Shown one piece after another: positions 8,504-19,424 of a stretch of DNA of 20,000 nucleotides. How positions within the stretch are numbered: position 1 is the first letter of the stretch; each line of letters starts with the position of its first letter. Source of the stretch: Perkinsus olseni (taxonomy: Eukaryota); the NCBI GenBank assembly GCA_013115125.1, contig JABANN010000090.1:56228-76227 (forward strand). The letters are read 5' to 3'. The position numbers were made by a program, and so were the translations under genes. The notes beneath the pieces were generated by a model. It was given only the letters and a program-made list of their open reading frames with translations, made no database searches and was not told the DNA's origin.

Positions 8504-11169
8504 ATGTTCATCACCCGCCTGGCAAAGACGAGAGGGCATCTAGAGTCTATGAGGCTTCTGCCCAACACAGCAATCACGTAGGGGGCGGAGGACCTCTCGT
8601 GCCTCGTCCTCCTCATTTTCCTAGGTGTATGCTACCGCCCCATCTCCCCTTCGGGATCACCCCGCTTTGCATACCTGGCAACACTCGCAGTCCCCTCCTA
8701 CTGGAAGGTCTCTGCAGCGCCGACACGAGGCCTGATGACCGCGTAGGGGCGTTCCGTGGGGTAGTGCACTACTATACCGTTTGTTTTTTCCAGAGTTGCG
8801 GTGACTTGACGACTGTCTGCGGGCTGACGGGTATCAGGAGGCACCCTGATGAAGCCCGAGGGCCGGTACCTCGCGCTAAGGCCTTGGTAAGGTATAGCCT
8901 TCGGTCAGTCATTATCCAGGCTATCTCTTGAGGGGATTCTCTTTGTATTGTGAGACATTTTCGAGTCCCGTCGCCCCTAGTAGGAAGTTATGCATCACTC
9001 TCTCATAGGTCGGACCCTACGTTCCGTCGACGTCCGAGGACACGAGGACAGATCGTAGCGGGGAGGAGGTTCCGCCCTCGAGGCGTTGGAGAAGCTCCAT
9101 CTTACTACCGAGGGTGAGGTGGCATCGGTTTCGAATGTCTACTGGAGTGCGTTAGGTGCCCGGTCTCATCGGGTTGTATCGCCATGATAGGGAGTGCTCG
9201 ACGCCCGAGGCCGTAGTGGGCGCGGCGTTTCACCAAAGGACTAACAAGCAGCACCTCCTGTGAGTTCCACTTACATTTACAGATTCTCCTCACAGTGTTC
9301 TGTCGTACAGCGTTAGTCCGGCTCCGGTAACGGAGTTGACAACACTGACGCCGGAGACCTCACCCGAGCCACCAGTCGTCGCCGGTCCAGTTCATGAGAG
9401 TATGGTGGAAACTGTGGACGATATGTCGCCTGGGGTCGATGATGTGAGTCCTATGGTCTGGGGGGAGTGGCATCTCCGATGGTTAGGTTGGCCGACCGCC
9501 AGTCCTCCGAGCAGCATTGTGGGGACGACCGGATCTCCTGGCCGAGTTACTCAACCGTGGAGCTGATGTTGCCCAGCCAAGCCCGTAGGAGGGGTACTAT
9601 TCTCATCGACTTCCTTCCCGTGTGGTTAGGTCTGGGGCCACTGCCGTTCACGTGGCCGCAATAACTGGCGATACCGCTGTTATACGCGCGGTAAGGCGGC
9701 CTAGTCCAATGCGGCGATCAGTCCCACTTGACGCGGTTCTCTTGGCAGATCATCGAGCATGTCGGCCCCACCCATGAAGATGTGGAATACTCGGTCATTA
9801 ACAGGAAGACTCGAGGTCGGCTGTCGACGGCGGCACGCAATCCTGTTCATCTCGAGCTGATGGGGAGCAGCACGATATTCACAGGGCATCATACAGACCA
9901 ATGTCATGGTGTTTCAGACCTTGCTGCTCTTTTGGATTTGAAGGACCGCTTCGGCCGAGTTGTTTCGGGGAGAGGCACTCGCGCTTTCCATCGGGCAATC
10001 TGGAGGGCTCGGGAATACGGTCAAAATGTGTGGGACTTTGTCAACGGCGATTCCGAGGCTGTGATGAAGGCCGTGCTGCCACGGTCCTATATAGAACGGC
10101 AGAGGATGAATAAGCAAAGAACGTCCATCATGGTCAGCCCCGACTGCATGCAGGTGGGAGATGATCTCTGCGATGCCACCTTTGCGTCCTTAGCAGGAGG
10201 CTGAGTTTCGATGTCGACGCACTAGCTGTTTTTAGGGTGGTCTCACAGCTCTTCATAAGGCCGCCTGTGACGGCAACGTGAGTAAGACCAGGTTCGTGCT
10301 CGACTTCGGTGGAGATGTCGACAAGCTGTGCGAGGTGAGCGCATGGGAATGATACTCTCGAATCCTGTCTTGTTTATCATGTAGTTACGTGGCTGGACGT
10401 CACTCCAGTGGGCCGTGTACTCGGGCAGTCTGCAAGTTGTGTCATGTCTATTGGCGCATGGAGCGAAGGAGAACATACAGTGTCATGTGGGTCTCAACCA
10501 CCTGCAATCCTGCCTGAGTCTCTGTGATCACTATCTCAGTACAACGGCCACTCACCGATGCATCTGGCTGTGTTATATAACCACCCACATGTGCTGAAAG
10601 CGCTGCTGCATCACGGCTGTGACGTCACGAAGCAGTCTACAGCTGCGTATTTAGCTGGCCCTCAGAGGGAAGGTGGAGAAGCCACGGTCTTGAGGTAGGA
10701 ATGCAGGGGTGTTTTTTTGTAACTCAGTCGGCATGAAATGTAGCGTAGCACGGGGGCTGTCGGACTCTTTTCAGGGCTGGCAGCACTCCTATGCATTATG
10801 CTTTGGCTTTGGGACGGAGACAACTCGCTGTTATGGTAAGCGCCAGGGCTCGGTTTCAGTGCAGATTCACAAGGGGAGAGGCGGGACTCGTCACAGATGT
10901 GCACGGAGTATATTCCATCTCTTCTCAGATGGTTGATCACTTGAACCCTCAGAAGCCGGAAGATTGTCTACACGCGCGCGACAGAAACTCCCGTGGTGAG
11001 CCGAGTGATGGTGCGCCTTTGTCAAAGGCCCTTTGAATACTTCTAAGGTTCAGCCGCGTTACCACCCCGCTATGCCAATCGCAGCGTAGCTTATTCTTCT
11101 TTAGCGGTGGAGTACTTGATGAGCATCGAGAATGATGAAGGCCGAACAGCAGACAGCTCCGATGCATGA
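8504..11169 (+). CDS. Ankyrin-repeat protein B with low-complexity N-terminal extension (start uncertain)
   Basis: Open spliced frame through VGRPPVLRAALWGRPDLLAELLNRGAD, SGATAVHVAA, IIEHVGP, GGLTALHKAACDGN, GWTSLQWAVYSG, GHSPMHLAVLYNH, AGSTPMHYAL, ending at TGA 11167-11169. Confidence 0.8.
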
Positions 11170-11263
11170 CTTCTCGTTAAGGTCGTCGACAATTAAGGTC
11201 CTTTCTGGAGGCTCTCTGGTACTCTCCTTTGAGACTCTTCACTTTGTGATGTTTATGCCATGC

Positions 11264-11287
11264 CTGTTGGCCAACAGTGTTGGCCAA
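11264..11287. repeat. Short compound palindrome ctgttggccaacag-tgttggccaa
   Basis: 14-bp perfect palindrome 11264-11277 overlapping a 10-bp inverted repeat with a 1-nt spacer (11267-11276/11278-11287). Confidence 0.9.
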
Positions 11288-11892
11288 TTCTGATTTGAGC
11301 GTTGTACTTCGAAAGGATCGGTGTCGTGTTGCGCTGTATCATAGTTTGAAGTCGCCTTCAGCTTCATCCTCATCATCGCCTCATGCGCATCTGCCACATC
11401 TTTCTTACGGATTTAACTTCTCCGGCGAATAAAGTCGCAACGGTCCCAGCATTTTGTTTACTAGAGATAGCTTCGTGACTCGTGGTGTCACACCGGTCAC
11501 AGTGGTTCGGGATGGATTCTGATGCTCGTGGATCGGCGCATCTCCTGAGGCTCGCACCGCGAAGCTTTTAGTCTGGCTGCAGGTCTCTGTGCTGGTTTCG
11601 AGTGTTGTTTAGGGCGCAAGATTTCTCATTGCTTAAACTCAGCTGAGAGAGGTGAGAGAGATTGGAAGACTGGAACCCGAACGCAAAGGATCCATTCCAT
11701 AACATCGTCAATAATTAAATATGTTCATGCACATAGTGCAGCACACGCTCCAATCGGTGTGTCCTCAAACGACATCGTCATCAGAGGTAAGCCTGAGAAT
11801 GGGAATACCTGGTCCAGCTTCGGAAGATTCAATTCATCTTGTACGCGCGCTATTACTCCGATAAGATGACTTACTCAGCCTTTCCTAGTGGA

Positions 11893-11970
11893 GCTGTGCG
11901 GCGCACAGCCGGGGTACTCATGATGATGAGGCGCACAGTGTGCGCCTCATCATCATGAGTACCCCGGCTG
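11893..11970. repeat. Perfect 32-bp inverted repeat (11906-11937/11939-11970) plus overlapping 8-bp inverted repeat (11893-11900/11902-11909)
   Basis: cagccggggtactcatgatgatgaggcgcaca-g-tgtgcgcctcatcatcatgagtaccccggctg read directly from the sequence. Confidence 0.98.
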
Positions 11971-12376
11971 CAGTCGACAGGAGGTTCACAACCGCTACAG
12001 CGAAAATTACTGGCAGCCATGGTGAATCCTTCATATCGCCGGCCGTGCTGTCGGGCTTCGTCGGCTCGGCCGAGGACGGAGCCGACCTGATAGACATCAA
12101 CAGTCAGGTGAAAGCTCCAGGAGCCTCGCTTACGCGAACTTACGTGTCGCTGCCGGGCTGCTGAAAGAGGGAGTCCTCGAAATCTCCCATACTCTTCGAG
12201 ATGTCGACAGACGACAGGTCTACTAGAGGCTCAGCAGTTGTAGTGGTCTGCTGCGTCTCCGGGACCTGGATGTCTGCAGCATCTCGGAAGTACTGCGGCA
12301 GCGGGGCCACAGTCTGCCCCCACACTTTGGAGGCTCCGAGCACTGCAAAGGTAAAGACGAAGATGATAGCGCACAT
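11918..12376 (-). CDS. Small type-I membrane protein (signal peptide, S/T/P-rich stalk, one TM), C-tail altered by an inverted duplication
   Basis: MCAIIFVFTFAVLGASKVWG signal-like N-terminus, QQTTTTAEP/SAPSSAEPTKP stalk, one GT-AG intron at about 12087-12143, TM WLPVIFAVAVVNLLSTAAGVLMMM followed by RR. Confidence 0.7.
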
Positions 12377-13162
12377 AATGTGGAGAGATCTCAACCTTCA
12401 GGGAGGAGAGTTATTCCAGAATGAGTCGAGAAACTGCACTCGTCTGATTTGTACGATAGCAAGGAGGATAGAATCGTTTGCGACCGTATCAATGGAAATG
12501 CGCAGTGCTCGAAACAAGCGCGAGTGCTGGCAAGATAGCAAGATTGCGACACTGTGACCCGCGCCAAACGAGCCTCCAGTGCCCAAGATGGGTGGTGAGC
12601 TCTGAATAGGGGCTGGCTGCTATGGCCCACTCTAGCTACTTTCGGGTGCTCCCCACGGTGGGGAAGCCACCCCTGGAAGAGCCCTCTCGAAATTTTTCGA
12701 AGGTCATCGAGATGTCGATAGGGGAGAGGTCCACGCCGTGGACTCCACGGGAGGTTAAACAGAGGGCGTTGCCTGCGATCTCGCACTTAGGCTGGGTGCT
12801 CAGAATCACCCCTAGTGCGTAGGGTATAAAAACAGATCGAAGCTAGAGCTAGCGGCACACGATGTGGGACACACCTACCTGGCTGCGACGCTGGTCCTAT
12901 TGCTCGCCTTCGTGATAAGTAGTCGAGGTGGAGTCGGAACGACTCGTTATCGCCTCTATATTCGTATAAACCCAGTCTTTAGTAACCGCCCTGGGGTATT
13001 TGAGCAGGATGATGGCGCCCTTGGGCTTCTACTTGGTTGTTTTTCTCAGTTTCGATTGTTTTAACATGTTGTCGAAAGCACTGCGTCCCAATGCGGCTAT
13101 CGTCACTCTGTTGCGGCCGACTTACAGGTGGGACAGCAATGCTTTCACATCATCGATAATGC

Positions 13163-15882
13163 ATGATTCGGCGGACGAATGCACAACCCTCCGGCTCGCT
13201 CAGGATGTCCCATCTGCCACGCACTTGGTCACAGTCACGTGGCTTTGGAAGTTTTCGGAAGGCCACCGACGGTCCTAAAAACCATCGCTACGGGAGCAGC
13301 CGAGAAAGTCTAGTATTTGAGTTCTGGCATGCTTCACCCGGCGGGGTTATCACCTCACCGGATATTGTGGTAAGTCACTTGCGTTAATATCATCCTCGCA
13401 TGTCTGCTTCGCCACTGTGAGATATCCTCGCCGGCTCGCTGGCTCGACATTCTTCGTGGTATTACGTTGATCTTGGGGGTTTGGTAGGCGCTCATGAAGA
13501 CGATATCAGATTTGGAAGGATGGATTGAATTAGATGCAGGATGTCCTGGGCGGCACAACACCCTAAGGAGTCTAACGAGAGGGGTACTGCGCGCGTATGA
13601 AACGGAAGTTAACGGGATCCATTTTTCAGTCTGGAGTTCGCTGTGGCCGTCGCTGCTGCAACGAAGGCGATGCAGTGTCGTGCTGCGGCAAGTGTGGTTG
13701 TCGGATCATGGAGCCGGGAGAGGCCCGAAGATGCAGGACGGCCCTTCAAAAGAATGTGATGCTATGCAACGATGTTGGGTGCTCTTTTCCACCATGGTCG
13801 TTTTGTCTTCTTTCGCCCTGGCCCGCTTATGTCGCGTATGAGACTCTCCTTCAGTGTGGTGATGTGGCCCATCGGTGTTGCGGTGGCTGCTGTGGGGAGA
13901 GTTGCACATCGGAATTGGATCCTGACTGCGAGGCTGACGACAGGTCCCGAGGCCTCGAAGAGGACTTGGCCAATGGCATTGATTCGGTACTATGCACACT
14001 AACGCTCCATTGAGGTGCTCAGCGAGAGTTGGGTTGATTCTACGTGAGCGGCATAGGATTATCTCTTCAGGACGGCCGACCCGCATTAGTTAGAGCTGCC
14101 CTGTGGCGGCGACCTGATCTCGTACGTGACTTATTAGACCAAGGCGCTGATCCAACCGAGCCCAGCAGCGGGTAATAGAAGCGGTCTAGGAAGTCGACTC
14201 TTGCCTGGCCAGAGAAGCCATGTTACTACTTTTCAGAGTTGGCGATACAGCGATAAGAGTCGCTGTGGAGGGAGATAACGAGGATGTCCTCGGAGAGGTG
14301 GGTACCGGGCGGTTCATCGCTTCCCGTACAGTCATTCTGTAATGGTCTTGTCGCTTTCGGCGAAATCGTCCTTGCTTATCACTTTCGTTGGAGCCTCGCA
14401 CGATGAGATGATGCCGAATATCGGGCGCTCAACACCGTAAATTCCCGACCGACCTGGAGCGCTGCTACAGCTTTTAAAAAAAAAGTGTGCACGCCTGCAC
14501 ACGTGTGCGCGCAAACGTGTGCGTGCAGTCGGTGCGTCGAACGCACGTAGGCATTGACGCACTTAGAGTCAGTCTGAGGTGGCTAACGAAGAACAACTGT
14601 GAGGGAAGCGAGAGCCACCCTGTCGTCTAACGCTCGTCACTGACCTGCGCATGCTTCAGATAATCAACCATGTAGGCCCCTCGGATAGAGATATTGAGTT
14701 CCACACAATCGAACGGAAACGCATAGGTAAGGTCCTAGTGCCTCCGCTCTGTTTCGGGGTTGGGGAGCTCCTCGGACTAGCCCCCTCTCAGCTCTGAAGG
14801 AGCTCATGTCTGTTGAAGACAGAGCAGGCCGGAGGGTCTCCGATTACCCCGATGCCTTGGCGATCCAGATGGCCATTTGCCGGGCCTACGAGTACATGCT
14901 CAATATTTGTGAGTTTGTCGTTGACGATGTCCCCCGGCCTGACCTCATGGGGCCGGAGAACCCTCGAGTCCTGCCCGTACACGTGGATGCTGTCGACTGG
15001 GTAGGGAGTACATCCGGGCCTGCCCTTCCTAGCATCGGAATATCTATTCTTAGAGCGGAGAGACCGCGCTGTTCTCAGCCGTGAGAAGAGGGCATCTGCG
15101 GAAGGCCGAATTTCTTCTGGACCATGGTGCTGCGGTCGACAAGGAGGTTTGGGTAACCTACGAGTGATGGTTCGGGTCGGCAGATCCTCCGATGCGGCGG
15201 CCTGTCAGGGAAGAACGGCTCTCCATGAGGCTGTCCGAGTAGGCGCAGTGGACGTCATGAAGCTGTTGCTCAAGTACGGGGCCGATCCTAACTTGATTGC
15301 AGAAGTGAGACCTTTACTTTTGCTTTGTCCTCTAGGATGCTCTGCTATGACAGGTTGACGGCCTCTCCTGTCTTCATGTGGCCATGACGAGAGGGGGTAA
15401 CTCGGATGTTATCCGCTCTCTCCTTGACCACGGAGCCGACCCTGCCGTGAGATCGGAGAAGGTCTGTAACTTCACCATCGATGGTGTAGATCGAGGATTA
15501 GCGTAAGACTCGGGACTGGGAAGTGATCTTGACTTGTACTGCCGTCATTCAGATCCGGCTCAACGGCGATGCACTTTGCGATGCAGCTGGAACGACGTGA
15601 TCTTGCTGCGCTGGTAAGCTGATCACGCTTTTGCTACTTGGTCCTCGGATCTTCTTCTTTGAGGTCAACTGGACATCAACAGGTACTTGATTGCCTCGGA
15701 CCTCGCCCCTCGGATGTGGACAGCACTGTGAGAGACGAGAAGTCGAGACGTACGCCGTGAAAGGGGGGCCACCCGCTTGCCTGAGCCTTCGCTACCCTCA
15801 CAGTACACGCTCATCTTCAGGTTGTGAGTGCTTGATGGGGACTCGCAATGATGCCGGTCTTTTGGCTTCATTCGCTAAGTGA
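13163..15882 (+). CDS. Ankyrin-repeat protein C with Cys-rich N-terminal region (start uncertain)
   Basis: Spliced frame: Cys-rich exons (CGRRCCNEG..CCGKCGC; CCGGCCGESC), then DGRPALVRAALWRRPDLVRDLLDQGAD, VGDTAIRVAV, IINHVGP, SGETALFSAVRRGH, GRTALHEAVRVG, DGLSCLHVAM, SGSTAMHFAM. Confidence 0.82.
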
Positions 15883-16544
15883 GAGGCAGCAGGCGTCGCT
15901 GAGGTGTCCAACCTCGCCAGGGAAGGTAGTGGAGAAGTTCAACTCAGCCGGCAGAGTTACTTGCCCCTCCCCTGTGTTTTCTAAGTGGCAACAGATCATT
16001 CATTCGAGTGTTTCCTCTCTCATTCCCCGCATCTTCCGAGTTGTTCAGAGTGGGTCTTTCTCGATATCGCTAGCTTCGAGGCGCTATAGCGTGGGTCCAT
16101 GGTAGCCTAGGTGGTCCACAAGGGCTTGGTGCTAGGAAGGTTTGTTTTCAAGTTGAGCTTCGTTGTCTTGGCTGCATGCCGAAGGGGCCGGAGGTTTATG
16201 TGGCTCTTCCTCGCGTCAGTCACGGGGACGCACCGGGTCCGGATAGCGTGTTGCACGCGTGCGCAAGTTCTTTTGAGGAGCCCACTGAAATCCATGGGCT
16301 TGGTCCGGCAGTGAACCGTGGTCTCCAACGATCAACGGTCCTGCTCGTCCGGCCCTTGACAGGTCTCCCTGTGATCATTCAGTAACAGTTGAATAGATGG
16401 ATGATGTTGTCAATGCCTAAACCCTCTTCCTGGATGCGTCCTGTTGCATCCTCTGGAGTCTGTAGGCTCCTCAGACTCCTTCCCTCAACTCGTCATCACG
16501 GTAACAGTAGCCCTGCTGGCTCTGTGCTATGTTCAGTACACACG

Positions 16545-18864
16545 ATGAGTTATCATTCAAAGAGGTGAGCTGCCGCAGAGTTCCTGTGCTCTAGGCTTCA
16601 ACTGAGGTCCTATGGCGGAGATTCTCAGGTCTTTCTTTTCCTCCTGTCCATCCGAGTGCGGAATAAGACGAGGCTTAGTTGGCTGGACTGACCTCGAGCT
16701 GGCCGCTTCAACCGGCAACCTCTCTGAGGTCAAGACTCTCATAGCTCGTGGAGCGGACCCCAGAGCAGCGAACGAGGTAATGGCAGTACAAAGACGGACA
16801 CTGATAGTGGTCACACCGCTGCCTTCAGAATGGCCAAACTGCTCTTCATTTTGCCGCTGTGAATGGAAACTCAAGTGTAGTGGAGTTACTTGTGGAGAAG
16901 GGTGCTAATCTGAATGCCGAGGACACTGTGAGTTCGGTCTGGGCCCCTTCGTGCTGGTATCCTCGGCATCTGTCTCCGGAACTCTAGGAAGTAGGTAGAG
17001 TGTTGAATCCTTCAAGCGTGGAGCCGGTCCTGGAGATGATTGTAGTCCTTGGTTTCGTGACTTCAGTGTGGCCGCATCCCTCTGGTCCTAGCGGTCCAAC
17101 AAAAACAAAAAGGCGCCGTAAGAGCCCTGGTGCATTACAAGCCCTCGATTAGCACTGAACAAGTGGGTGCCGATGACGTCAACAGCTTGATATCTTGCAA
17201 TCTCGGCATTTCTCAATTCTATTGTCTCAGCTTCTAAAAGCCGTTCAACTAGCCCACGGCTATGACGACGAAGAAATTCTGTCTATTCTTCGCGAGTCCG
17301 ATGGCCCTTCAAATTCTGATTCTAAGGATCAACAGTATCATTGCATGGGAGTCCACATTGAGTAGGACACCAGCGCCCACAGACTCCGACGGTGCCTGCT
17401 CGCCTCTCAGGGGCAACACTCGAGCGCCTTGGGAGCAAGAGAATGCTCATGCACAGATCCCATCGGTGTCCGACAAGTCGACGCCGCCCCCACAAGACAA
17501 TGGCGACGGTAGCCCCCAGCAGGCTGTGGATGATGAGGTGTGTGGGCCGACAAGAGCAACGGCCGCTGTGAGAACAGTGTTCAGGGAACCCACCGTCGGG
17601 CTCCGAGCCCGGACGACTTCGACATTGCCTCGCTAGAAGAGGAAAGGCGAGGTGATGGAGCCCCTCAACTATTCCTCGTCACGTACTCCTTACAGGCCTC
17701 TTTTCCTTGCTGAACAACGGGAGTGACGTTTCCCCAGCTGAGAAGATGAGAATCGAGAATTCCTTAACGGAGATTGGAAAACGGATGCATGAAATCGAGA
17801 GCTTGATCCAGTCTTCGATATTTGGACAGCTCGAGAGAATGATTGACCTTATTTGCAACAACGTGGACTCTTCCACTCCGCATATTAAGATAGATTCGAC
17901 AGACGAGGTAGGCTTCCGCGCCAGAGCAACAGTTGTCGATTGTTCCGGTCACCGATGTAGCTGGGCTGGACTCCTCTACATTGGGCAGCTTACAAGGGGC
18001 ATAGTAAAATCGTGAAGTTCCTGCTCGAGCGCGGAGCGGACACTAGGAAGCTCACCCGAAGAGTGAGAATCGTCCCATGGGCGGACTTGAAGTTATTCCC
18101 TCGTTTTCAGGAGAGTGCAAGTCCGCTGATCTGTGCAGTGGCAAGGCGGGATAGCGACCCTGCTACTCGGCTCCAGATCGTTCGTGCGCTACTCGAGCAT
18201 GGTGCCCTACCCAATACCCAAGACGGGGTGGGCGCTACTCGCAAGCCTCCGTTTGATGTCGTTCATAGGAAGTAATTGATGATTTGCTTATTTTCCAGGA
18301 CGGCGAGACGCCCCTTCATTTTGCCGTGGGGTTCCTCGAATATGATGTAGCAAAAGTTCTGCTGGAGAATGGCGCCGATCCATCCATCAGAACGAGGTAC
18401 TCGATAACCGTCGGCGAGAACAATTTTGCGTAAGTGAAATGACGCGATGGCCGAGCATCGTTGTACTTTGTCAGAGCGGGGAGCACAGCCTTACACTACG
18501 CACATCAACTCAGAGCTGAAAACCTCATAAGGCTGGTAAGCTTCAGGTTGGGTCTCCTCTCGCACAAAGTTTTGTGCTTCGCTCCGCTGTAGATTGCTTC
18601 TTACGCTGGCCGTTCCGACGACGTTCATCGAGAGTTGGATCCTGAAGAAAGTAACTCCATCGCTCTTGCCTTGATCACCTCGGATGGCCTCGCAATTTTC
18701 AGGCAGACAAGATGTTCATATGACGCGAGATGGTAACGGTCACACGCCCGTACAGGTGCATCCACGGTGGCCTTGTTATATGATTTAACGTTTTGCTTTA
18801 GCGGATTAGGGGTCAGCATAAATATCCAGCTTTCTGCGTGCTGCTCGAGCTGGTGCTGACCTAG
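16545..18864 (+). CDS. Ankyrin-repeat protein D (start 16545 or 16612; stop 18736, 18788 or 18864 depending on splicing)
   Basis: GWTDLELAASTGNLSEVKTLIARGAD, NGQTALHFAAVNGN, CGRIPLVLAV, LGWTPLHWAAYKGH, SASPLICAV, DGETPLHFAV, AGSTALHYAH. Intron positions are shared with gene A. Confidence 0.82.
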
Positions 18865-19199
18865 TTTTTGTTGTGAAGCAGCTGTTATCTTAGTAGAAGG
18901 TCGAACAGAAACTTTTTGATGGAACAAGATTCTTTCACCGCTGGATACAACTTCAAATATAATTTCTTGTGTTGTGTATGTGAGTATCCGACTTGGGAGA
19001 TGCCAAACCGAAGTCACTGCAACTGCTGCTCGACGGATGCTCACTTACGCTTAACTTATAAAACAAATATCATCATGGCGCAGGCGACACAAGCGCACGT
19101 ACTGTTCAAGAAGTATACTATCATCTGACTTCAACTCTGGCTTGCACGGCACTTCGTGAAAAATGCCGACCAGCGTTAGACAAGTCGTGATATCGACGG

Positions 19200-19396
19200 T
19201 GTCAGAGGAACTTGCAGTAGGCGTGACCATTGATAAATAACACAATACCCCAAAAGTTGAGGGTTAACTTATTTAATGATTACTTAGCAATATAGGAACA
19301 CTTAAGCTTAGCTCAGCCTTTTGGATACGGCAGACAGAGCCACACAGAGAGACAGAACCGCACACAATACAATTGCTTTAGTATCGTTCTCTCACA
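19200..19396 (-). repeat. 3' LTR (about 197 bp)
   Basis: Minus strand starts TGTGAGAG one base after the PPT and ends CTCTGACA, a 7/8 terminal inverted repeat. The interior is AT-rich. The 5' LTR lies outside the window. Confidence 0.7.
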
Positions 19397-19397
19397 A

Positions 19398-19408
19398 CCC
19401 CCCCTGCT
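19398..19408 (-). other. Polypurine tract (AGCAGGGGGGG)
   Basis: G-rich run directly 5' of the LTR TG on the element strand. Confidence 0.75.
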
Positions 19409-19424
19409 AAAGCGGCATAAGGTA

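Noticed and set aside
8284-8931. 215-aa ORF as an independent gene
   Set aside because: Its 3' part is in frame with spliced exons of ankyrin B and reads through short introns.
11170-11880. Possible small minus-strand exons (acidic GDDEDEAEGDFKL; ELTSDDDVV)
   Set aside because: No consistent gene model. May be UTR or the former tail of the membrane protein gene.
15890-16385. Short overlapping ORFs between ankyrin C and D
   Set aside because: No motifs and could not be spliced in frame to gene D.
18625-19245. Minus-strand ORFs of 139 and 64 aa
   Set aside because: They overlap the ankyrin D 3' end and the LTR and have no recognisable domain.
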